Below the pieces are notes generated by a model. It saw nothing but the letters and a program-made list of their open reading frames with translations. It did not search any database and was not told the DNA's origin. A program made the translations under genes and the position numbers. From contig NC_068982.1 of NCBI RefSeq assembly GCF_001194135.2, forward strand, positions 76,086,480-76,131,143: DNA of 44,664 nucleotides, given 5' to 3'. Positions 26,691 to 36,325 of the stretch are shown here, piece by piece (within the stretch, counting starts at the first letter, position 1; every line of letters begins with the position of its first letter). This stretch comes from Octopus bimaculoides. Its lineage: Eukaryota.

Positions 26691-26906
26691 TCCTTTCTAT
26701 TTTAGGCACAAAGCCTGAAATTTGTGGTGAGGGGGATAATCGATCACATCGACCCTAGTGTTTTCCTGGTACTTAATTTACTGACCCTGAAAGAATGAAA
26801 GCCACAGTCAACCTCAGCGGAATTTGAACTCACAAAGTAAAGGCGGACGAAATGCCGCTAATCTTTTTGCTCAGCATGCTAACGATTTTGTCAGCTCATC
26901 GCCTTA
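26680..26906 (-). mobile_element. tRNA-derived SINE family A (full length)
   Basis: Colinear with 19555-19773. Confidence 0.85.
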
Positions 26907-26934
26907 CTTTGAGATAATGGTAAATGAGAATGAT

Positions 26935-27100
26935 TTCTGATTTAAGCACAAAACCGATAACACTGCGGAGAGGGACTTTAGTCGATATCGATCCCACAGG
27001 AATGAAAGGCAAAGATGACATCGGCGGAATTTGATCTCTGAACGTAGAGTACCAAAGCAAATACTGCAAGGCATTTCGCCTAACGTTGAACCTAACGTCC
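26935..27100 (-). mobile_element. SINE family A, degenerate
   Basis: GAATGAAAGGCAAAGATGACATCGGCGGAATTTGATCTCTGAACGTA matches family A. Confidence 0.7.
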
Positions 27101-27432
27101 TTAGGTAAATAAAAATTTGTGACATTTATGTTTCCACAACGGCCTTTGCCCAGTAAGTGAAGTAATTACAAGTAGTTGTAGTAGTAGTAGTAGTAGTAGT
27201 AGTAGCAGCAGAAGCAGCAAGTAAGTTATAGTAGTAATTATGATGATAATCAATAATACGATAAACAAATAGCAGACAGACACAGTGAATAAATTATTAA
27301 AAAAAAAACGTGTCAAGCAACCTTTCCTGGCATTTAAACTGAAATATAAAATCCGTTATGAAAGAAACCAATAAGAGTAAAAGAAACATCGAACGAAAAA
27401 AAAACATCGGAAAAAATAAAATAAAAATAAAC

Positions 27433-27573
27433 GGGCATGACTGTGTGGTTAAGAAGCTCGCTTTGCAATCATGTGGTTTCGGGTTCTGTCCCACTGCAGG
27501 GCACCTTAGGCAAGCGTCTTCCGCTATAGCACCGGGCAGATCAAAACCATGTGAGTGGATTTTGTTGACTGAA

Positions 27574-27660
<87 letters not shown>

Positions 27661-27840
27661 TATGTACATGCGTGTCTGGTGATGGTTTGTTTACTTCCCG
27701 TAACTTAGCGGTTAGGTAAAACTGACCGATAGAATAAGAACCGTCTGACTGGGGGTAATTAGTTCGATCAAACCCTTCAAGGTAGTGCTCCAGCACGGCC
27801 GCAGTCCAATGGCTGAACCAAATAAAAGATAGATAAAAGA
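27433..27840 (+). mobile_element. tRNA-derived CORE-type SINE with internal (CA)n and LINE-like tail
   Basis: Head GGCATGACTGTGTGGTTAAGAAG..GGGTTCTGTCCC, core GCACCTTAGGCAAGCGTCTTC, (CA)n 27576-27658, tail ..GGTAGTGCTCCAGCACGGCCGCAGTCCAATGGCTGAACC, A-rich end. Confidence 0.8.
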
Positions 27841-28329
27841 AAAAATACAAACAAAACAAAAACAGAACAAAATGAAAACAAACAAAAGAATCCTAAACAA
27901 ACATCAATGCAAAACACTACGCACGCGTGCGCGTGGACGCAAATACATAACACCAGCAATCGTCAATCAAGAAAATCAGTCCAAGATGAAGCAGAACACT
28001 GGATGATCTGGAAATGGTCAATAAAAAAAAAGAAGGAAAGCAAATATAAAAATAAATAACTAAACAATAAAAACAAACAACAGCGCAACCAATAAAACAA
28101 CAGCATTAAGGCAAACTCTATAAAAAGGACACCTTTGATTTCTAACTGTATTCTTTTGCGTTGTGCAGAAATTTTAGCCTTTCATCTTTTATTGGCGACA
28201 AACTAACTCCATTTTGGTTTGTCTTCGTTTATTATCTTCTTTTCTGTTTTTACAAGACAGAAATTCTATTCCGTTCTTACTTCACCTGCCATTCGAAACA
28301 TCCTTAATAATATGCCTGTATCATTGCTT

Positions 28330-28383
28330 GCATTCACATTGTTGCTGTTGTTGTTGTTGTTGTTGTTATTATTATTATTATTA

Positions 28384-28415
<32 letters not shown>

Positions 28416-28762
28416 TTTATTAATACTACATGCTGGTATTTTCGTTTTTGCAGTGTTGTTGTTATTGTAGCTAGCCGTGTGGTAATGTTGTTGAAGCTGG
28501 TATAGTTAGTTTTTGTTGTCTTTCTTGTTCCTTCTGTGATTGTTGTTGTTGTATATTAGGCCATTGCGTCCGTCACCATCATTGCTGACATCATCGCCGC
28601 CGTCATCATCGTCGTCATCATCATTATCATCATCATCCTCATAGTCGTCATTGTTGTTGTCGTTGTTGTTGTCGTTGTCGTCGTCATCATCAGGGTTCAT
28701 AGAAATCCTTGTGACAGACAGCATCCACATATGCTTTTAATAACAAGGATTTTCCTTAGTGC

Positions 28763-28829
<67 letters not shown>

Positions 28830-28853
28830 TGTTGTTGTTTTTGTTGTTGTTGC
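28330..28853. repeat. Trinucleotide field (GTT)n/(ATT)n/(CAT)n
   Basis: Direct reading. Confidence 0.9.
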
Positions 28854-28854
28854 T

Positions 28855-29080
28855 TCGGAAGTGTTGTTTTTATTGCATGCTTTCATTGTACAACCGATCG
28901 CAGTTCTGTGTATCTATGGTATGTAACTGTTTTCGCTTGGATTGTATGTTTTATGGCTATTGAACATATTCAACGTAATATGGATCTACAGTGTTTAGTA
29001 GTGCAATTTTCTGTATGGTGTGGATATGTGTTAACTGATACGTTTTGGTTAAATGGGTTTTAAATAACTCCCATGCCACC

Positions 29081-29130
<50 letters not shown>

Positions 29131-31665
29131 GAGAAACTGTTTTTTTTTCCATTCCCAACATACTAGTTATCTCTATTTCCAGATTTTTATATTTAGATGA
29201 TTTCTCCAACTCTTTTATAGATACATTATCGTATGTTTAGACTAATACGTGGATTAGAAGGCTCTTCCTTTCTCGGTGGCCCTTGATAACAATATCTGGT
29301 CGATTAACCGTCATATTCATTCATATTCATGCATATGTGGGTTATTATATCCTAGATAACAGTCACAAAGTCATTCTCTGAGTTCGTTTCTGTATATATG
29401 CTACCTATTTTCTGGGGTACATCAAATGCTAACATAATTACCAGTGTGTAAATTTTCAACACTGTTATGCTTATGGATACATAGTCTCTCAGCTAAGATT
29501 GGGCGGCCAGAGGTAATGTAGTTAAGTGTTTCTTCAAGACCTATACTTGATCGAATAGTTACTCAATGTAACTATATTGTATAGTAACTTCATGTAATTT
29601 CATAATGTACATTTACTTAATGTAACTATATGGTATAGTGACTATTTTTTATAATTACTTCATGTAACTATATTCTATAGTTACTTAATATACACTTAAT
29701 GTGGTTATAGTGAATAGTTACTTAATGTATTCTGCTTCTTTATAAGCATTTGGCAGATTTCTGGCAGGAAGGATTCGATTCTGTATCCTAATTAATCGAT
29801 CTCAGCTTTGATAGCGGCACTTCTCAGACAGTACTGTAACTTTTCTCTGTCTCTTCCCCATCTGTTCAATTTTTTCCAATTACTGATCATGTAGGTAATT
29901 TTATTGTCATTGTTATAAAACTAAGTTTTATCTTTTTCCATAATTTCTGTTTCTTTTAACTCCGCCCGGTCTCTGTTTTGTATTTGCAAAATTCCTTGAA
30001 AAACAACTATCTTATGATAGTTTTTTCAGTAGCATAAGACATCAACCTTCCTGTATTCGTACTAAATATAATCATGTGTTAGATTTTGAGAAGTCTATAG
30101 ATGCAATCAATGTTCCTTGGTTTTCTGATAACTTTTGCTAATTCATTTAGCGTCCATTGCAGAACAGCTAGAGAATTAAATTCTATTAACTTATTTTATT
30201 GCATTTATCTTTGTATTAAATATTAACTGGCATGGCCTAATACATCTGCAATATTCCTTCGTTACATTGTTTACTGTCTATTTCATTAATTCGTAAATAT
30301 TTGTAAGTTTAGCTCAATTCTCTCATGTCTGCTTTTTTTTTTTTTATCTAGCATGACATTATTGTTCTTAATTTTTCCATTTTCACTCCAAAATTACCCG
30401 GCACATTCCCTTAACAATTCCGTCAGTAGTTCATCCACTCTCTATAGCAGTATTTCTAGTTGTTCCCTGTTTGCAAAGTAGACCTTTTAACCACCTATAT
30501 ACAAAATATGGTTGATTGCCCTCCTATAGCGAGTCCTGTTTGATTTAACATGGCACTGCTTAAAGGTATTGAAGTTAAGCAAAAAAAGGAAAGAGAGTAA
30601 TATTCTCCTTTTAATAGAGATGGTAGGGATTAGTTGTTATAGTACTCCTTGTTTATATTTGTTTTTCATTTACTCATAACGTGTTTGATGTGATAGTTTA
30701 TTACTATTGGCGCTACCTTACTTATGGCTAATATTTCCAGGTTCAACACGTGACGAGCACTATCAATTCATGCTATGCTCAGATCTTTTTTTGTCTTTCT
30801 ACAGTTTTCAGTTATGCATTTATTGATCAGTAATTGATCTTCAAAGTCCTATGAGCCTTTGCAGCAACTCTTTTCTTCTTTTGAAACGAATTGTGTTGTT
30901 TTTTTCCCCAAGTATTTATTTATCCTCTGCGTTAATATTGCAGTTAAGGTTTTGTAGTCTATGAAAGCTTGTTTGGGTGTGTCGCTTTTATGGCATGAAG
31001 TTTCTGTAGTAGTGAGATTAAGATGGATTATTTTTTTCGGTGAGTCAGTCAGATGTCGCTTCCGGTTCTTTCAGTATGCTATTAAATATTTTTATTATCA
31101 CTTTATGTTTGTTAAAAGTTTCAACCAGAAACCTGATGTTTTGTAATTTTCTAATGGCCTCCAGTTGTATACTTTTGATCTACCATCTGCGTTAATGCTT
31201 TAACTGGTATGGCCTCCTGTGATTGTGCAGCTGCTGCATATGCTCTTTAAAATATTCTCGCCCTTGAGGATTCCTTCGCTACTCATGCTCCTTCTCAGAA
31301 TTCTTCAACTTCAACAGTTGTTGGTACTTCTTTAATTTCTATTTTAATTATACCGAATTCTTGATAAATTACTTTTGAGTTGGAGTCGAACTGTTTGTTC
31401 AAAGAGTCATTGTTGCTATTCATACAGATGTAATCATTGCGATTTAGCGAGAATCTTGATCCCAGTAATTTTTTTAATACAAGAATTTCATTTTTTTCTC
31501 TTATGTCTTCTTTCAGCAGCATTTGTTTTTCAATTGTTTCTTTTCGTTATAGAATTCATGAAGGATCGAGAAATCTTGTTTCCCCTCTTTTTATCTGCAT
31601 GTTTCTTCCCACGTTCTTTGAGTTTGATATTCTAATATGAGTAAAAAGTATTTATTTCTCTCTGT
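28855..31665 (-). mobile_element. R4/Dong-like non-LTR retrotransposon, ~2.8 kb, heavily decayed (RT + restriction-like endonuclease)
   Basis: Minus-strand remnants in the expected order: KILAKSQ*L, KQFDSNSKVIYQEFG..PTTVEVEEF, YKTLTAILTQRINKYL..KGS*DFEDQLLINKCITENCRK..LSIA*ID, INHILYIGG*KVY (degenerate YMDD region), TVNRPDIVIK..LLIHV..KYKNLEIEIT, IQK.ALL.T. Confidence 0.85.
29555..29730. repeat. Degenerate ~26-bp minisatellite with palindromic core ATAGTTAC-N5-GTAACTAT
   Basis: Repeated variants of ATAGTTACTTAATGTAACTATATTGT, interrupting the Dong-like element. Confidence 0.7.
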
Positions 31666-31670
31666 AATTG

Positions 31671-33095
31671 GGCATACATGCGGAGTTGTTACAGCATGGC
31701 GGTGAGAAGCTTCTGCAGCAATTTCACTCCTTGTTTGGCAGGATATAGGCTAGTGAATCTGTACCTGAGGACTGGAGAGATACAGTAATGGCGGTCTTAT
31801 ATAAGGGAAAGAGAAACAGGAATGATTGTGGTAACTATAGGGGAATATCATTGCTTTCTGTCATAGGAAAAGTTTTATGCAGAGATTGATATGCAGCACA
31901 TTTTGAATGCATTCTCTGATGCTTGCACTGCTTTAGGATTGACAGTCAGTCTCAAGAAAACTTTTGTCATATACCGACCTGTCCCTGGTAAACAATATAT
32001 TGAACCGAATATCTATGTGTATGGTAAATGACTTGTTGTAGTTGATCAGTTTGTCTACTTGGGAAGCACTGTTAATAGATATAGCAATTTTGATAATGAA
32101 ATTCCATACAGAATTAGGAAAGCAAGTGATGCTTTCGGAAGGCTAGAAAGGCGCCTCTGGAGTCGGTGAGACATATGCAGGAAGACAAAGATAAAGGTCT
32201 ACAAGGCGTGTGTACTCTCTTCTCTTCTTTATGCCTGCGAGACCTGGGTCACATATCGATACCACCTTAAACAACTGGAACGTTTCCATCAGATGTGTCT
32301 CAGACGGATCTATGGCATTAAATGGGAGGACCGCATCAGTGATCTTGAGATATTGGAAAGCTCTCGATGTGTAAGTATAGAAGCTCTTGTGTTGAAGCAA
32401 AGGCTCAGATGGGGTGGTCATCTAGTCAGGATGAAAGATTCAAGGATGCCAAAACAATTCTTTTATGGAGAGTTAGCTAAAGGAGAACGACCTCCACATA
32501 AACCAAGAACGAGGTATAAAGACTTGCTGAAGGCTTCCTTGAGAGATGCCAACATCTCTCCTGACACATTGGAGGGCATAGCTATTGACCGTAGCAGGTA
32601 GAGAAGGATTGTGCAGGAGGGGACAACTACTTTTGAGAAATCTTGAGTTGCGCATGGGAAAGTGAGGAGGTATGTCAGGAAGGGCATCGCTGTTGCACTT
32701 CCATACGGTAAGGGTCTTCCTACGACGCTGACATGCAATGTCTGTGCAAGACTCTGCCTCAGTAAAGCTGGACTCAAGAGTCATCTTCGTAGTCATAAAG
32801 CGAGACCGATGATTGACTACTAGGCCGCTAGTGGTGGCGTTACATACCATATTAATCATATCTGTCAGGCATGTGGAAAGGAGTGTGATTTGGTGGGAGG
32901 ACTTAAACGACATGCAAAGGTACATGAAGCCCAATTACAACTACAGCCGGTTATTGCCAGTAAAGGATCTAACTGTCAATTCTGTACAAAACATTGTAGA
33001 TCTTTAGCTGGGCTAAAAAGTCACATTCGATCACAGCATCGTCAACAGCTAAGCCTCGTGCAATGACCATAATCGATAGCGAGGGGGAAGCTATC
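31671..33095 (+). mobile_element. RTE-clade LINE, 5'-truncated, RT core deleted, three C-terminal C2H2 fingers (non-functional copy)
   Basis: 31671-31883 reads GIHAELLQHGGEKL..VPEDWRD..LYKGKRNRNDCGNYRGISLLSVIGKVLCR. 31882-33066 is one frame: GLTVSLKKT..FVYLGS..RIRKASDAFGRL..TKIKVYKACVLSSLLYACETW..LERFHQMCLRRIYGIKWEDR..RLRWGGHLVRMKDSRMPKQFFYGEL..GERPPHKPRTRYKD, then three zinc fingers. Six in-frame stops in total. Confidence 0.95.
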
Positions 33096-33103
33096 ATATG
33101 CAC

Positions 33104-33163
<60 letters not shown>

Positions 33164-34064
33164 GTACATGTATATTACATGAAATATATATATATGTATA
33201 TGCATATATATANNNNNNNNNNNNNNNNNNNNNNNNNNNNNNNNNNNNNNNNNNNNNNNNNNNNNNNNNNNNNNNNNNNNNNNNNNNNNNNNNNNNNNNN
33301 NNNNNNNNNNNNNNNNNNNNNNNNNNNNNNNNNNNNNNNNNNNNNNNNNNNNNNNNNNNNNNNNNNNNNNNNNNNNNNNNNNNNNNNNNNNNNNNNNNNN
33401 NNNNNNNNNNNNNNNNNNNNNNNNNNNNNNNNNNNNNNNNNNNNNNNNNNNNNNNNNNNNNNNNNNNNNNNNNNNNNNNNNNNNNNNNNNNNNNNNNNNN
33501 NNNNNNNNNNNNNNNNNNNNNNNNNNNNNNNNNNNNNNNNNNNNNNNNNNNNNNNNNNNNNNNNNNNNNNNNNNNNNNNNNNNNNNNNNNNNNNNNNNNN
33601 NNNNNNNNNNNNNNNNNNNNNNNNNNNNNNNNNNNNNNNNNNNNNNNNNNNNNNNNNNNNNNNNNNNNNNNNNNNNNNNNNNNNNNNNNNNNNNNNNNNN
33701 NNNNNNNNNNNNNNNNNNNNNNNNNNNNNNNNNNNNNNNNNNNNNNNNNNNNNNNNNNNNNNNNNNNNNNNNNNNNNNNNNNNNNNNNNNNNNNNNNNNN
33801 NNNNNNNNNNNNNNNNNNNNNNNNNNNNNNNNNNNNNNNNNNNNNNNNNNNNNNNNNNNNNNNNNNNNNNNNNNNNNNNNNNNNNNNNNNNNNNNNNNNN
33901 NNNNNNNNNNNNNNNNNNNNNNNNNNNNNNNNNNNNNNNNNNNNNNNNNNNNNNNNNNNNNNNNNNNNNNNNNNNNNNNNNNNNNNNNNNNNNNNNNNNN
34001 NNNNNNNNNNNNNNNNNNNNNNNNNNNNNNNNNNNNNNNNNNNNNNNNNNNNNNNNNNTATATA

Positions 34065-34505
34065 TCGTCAGTGGATCATATATCCGAAAAAGAAGACCGC
34101 TTAGCATTATAGACGACTCGTCAGACTCCGATAGCTGTGGGTATATAACCTCTCTTCAAACTGGAAGTAGAAAACCGTTACAGTCAGTTAATTTCCTTAG
34201 GCTGGTTCTTTACAGCTGTAAAAAATACTTGCAGACCGGAACCAGCCTAAGGTCGGAGATTCTCTGTTTGCTCTTTAGGTCCACAAGATTTGCTGATCGG
34301 ACCGGTCTGAGGGCGATAACTCGTCCTGTTTCAGGTGCAGACAATGTATATTATTCTTTTGTTTACAAATTAAATGAGTATAACGGTTTTCTACCTACAG
34401 TTTGAAGAGAGTTTATATGCCCGCGGCCACTTTAGTCTGACGAATCGTCTATAAAGTTAAACGCTTTATGGATGCGAAACCATTGGTCACTCTATAACCG
34501 GACAT
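34065..34505. mobile_element. Foldback (inverted-repeat) element, probably an inverted PLE pseudo-LTR
   Basis: Arms 34110-34194 and 34367-34453 are inverted copies (~80% identical by eye). There is an inner perfect 14-bp inverted repeat CCTTAGGCTGGTTC/GAACCAGCCTAAGG (34196-34209/34240-34253) and a palindrome TTTACAGCTGTAAA. Confidence 0.6.
34434..34491 (+). ncRNA. Type-I hammerhead ribozyme motif, second sequence family, partly decayed
   Basis: AGT-CTGACGA(34437-34443)-AT-stem II CGTCTATAAAG/CTTTATGGATG (11 bp, 2 G.U)-C-GAAAC(34476-34480)-CATTG-GTC(34486-34488)-ACT. Canonical GUC triplet, but only 3 contiguous stem I pairs in this copy. Confidence 0.6.
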
Positions 34506-35040
34506 ATATTTAACTTTATATATATNNNNNNNNNNNNNNNNNNNNNNNNNNNNNNNNNNNNNNNNNNNNNNNNNNNNNNNNNNNNNNNNNNNNNNNNNNN
34601 NNNNNNNNNNNNNNNNNNNNNNNNNNNNNNNNNNNNNNNNNNNNNNNNNNNNNNNNNNNNNNNNNNNNNNNNNNNNNNNNNNNNNNNNNNNNNNNNNNNN
34701 NNNNNNNNNNNNNNNNNNNNNNNNNNNNNNNNNNNNNNNNNNNNNNNNNNNNNNNNNNNNNNNNNNNNNNNNNNNNNNNNNNNNNNNNNNNNNNNNNNNN
34801 NNNNNNNNNNNNNNNNNNNNNNNNNNNNNNNNNNNNNNNNNNNNNNNNNNNNNNNNNNNNNNNNNNNNNNNNNNNNNNNNNNNTATATATATCGTCTATG
34901 GTATAAAGTACTCTTTTTCCCACAGTCAACACTAAATAGATTTCCGTGATTGGCAGAGTGTTTCGACTGACAAGGTATTGAAGCTGGTCATCTGGAATGA
35001 ACTTCTAGTAGTTTATGTGTGCATTACCCCATAGCAATGT

Positions 35041-35130
35041 GCGATCTCATAGCAGCGTGCGATCTCATAGCAGCGTGCGATCTCATAGCAGCGTGCGATC
35101 TCATAGCAGCGTGCGATCTCATAGCAGCGT
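35041..35130. repeat. Perfect 18-bp minisatellite (GCGATCTCATAGCAGCGT)x5
   Basis: Five identical units, with a partial unit at 35030-35040. Confidence 0.95.
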
Positions 35131-35854
35131 GAGGTATGCATAATTCATGCATAAGGAACATTTAAAGAAGGAATGAGAAACACACGCAACACTATTGATG
35201 TTAATCTCATTTTCAGGAAATTTACTTTTCATTTAGCGTGCTTAAGTATGTGAAGCTCAAAATCTTTAATACCGCTCTAAATCTTCACGCTTCCCTGTCT
35301 GCCGCAAGTGGCTGAAGACTTTTGTAATATAACTTAGGATATTTTAAATTTGATTTCAAAGAGTCTTTGTATCTTTTGTTTGGCTTACTACTTTTCTCTT
35401 CTCCAGCATAATCTCATCATAAAGCATTTGTTTCGGAATGCGCTAATCCTCAATACGGATGAAATAGCCTGTCGATCGTAGTTGATTTCTAATAAGCACG
35501 GCTTGAATTGATGTGATCCGAGTTTCAGCAATAACGTCAGTGTCAGAAATGAGTGAGGACCAGCTTATTGTGAGTATGTGGCGGAGGCATTTCTAGTAAT
35601 ATCTTTCTAACGTTTTTACAGGATGCGTGTCCAAGTTTCAGTAAAATGTAACATTGGAGAAATAACAAATTTGACTTATAAATGATCTAAGTGTCAGCTA
35701 TCATAACACATAATATCAAATACTATACTTTTTCCCCCCATTTTCAACATTTATTGAAATTTCAGTTGGTGAAGAAATAATGGCTATTTATTACATGAAT
35801 GTATAACTCCATTATTGAATCGCGCACATTAGGAATGTAAATAAATCCTTTCAT

Positions 35855-35931
<77 letters not shown>

Positions 35932-36000
35932 TATATACATACATATATGTATGTGTGTATGTGTGTGTGTGTATATTTATATATACATATATATATACTG

Positions 36001-36325
36001 AGACACCCTTCGGTCATGACTGACCATGGGATTGCACCTAGAAAGTTACCCTCCCAGGCACAAGTCCGGGCAAGGTTGTTTATGGAAGACCAGCAGTCGC
36101 CCAGTCACCTCCCCTCTCCACACCACCAGTGTTATCCAAGAGAAAGGCAAAGGCCGATACAGCTTGGCATCTGTGACGTCGCAACTCATTTCTACAGCTG
36201 AGTGAACTGGAGCAACGTGAAATAAAGTGTCTTGCTCAAGAACACAACACGCAGCCCAGTCCGGGATTCGAACTCACAACCTCACGATCGTAAGCTCGAC
36301 GCTCTAACCATTGAGCCATGCGACT
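36001..36325 (-). mobile_element. Near-complete tRNA-derived CORE-type SINE (octopus OR-like)
   Basis: On the minus strand: A box TGGCTCAATGG (36308-36318), B box GAGTTCGAATCC (36264-36275), CORE-like GTGTTCTTGAGCAAGACACTTTATTTCACGTTGCTCCAGTTCACTCAGCTGTAGAAATGAGT, then a family tail. Confidence 0.85.

Noticed and set aside
34950-35005. Minus-strand CAGATGA...GAAAC hammerhead-like motif
   Set aside because: The core U is altered and there is no convincing stem II or III.
36250-36325. tRNA gene
   Set aside because: It has A/B boxes but the anticodon and acceptor stems do not pair, and it continues into a SINE core.
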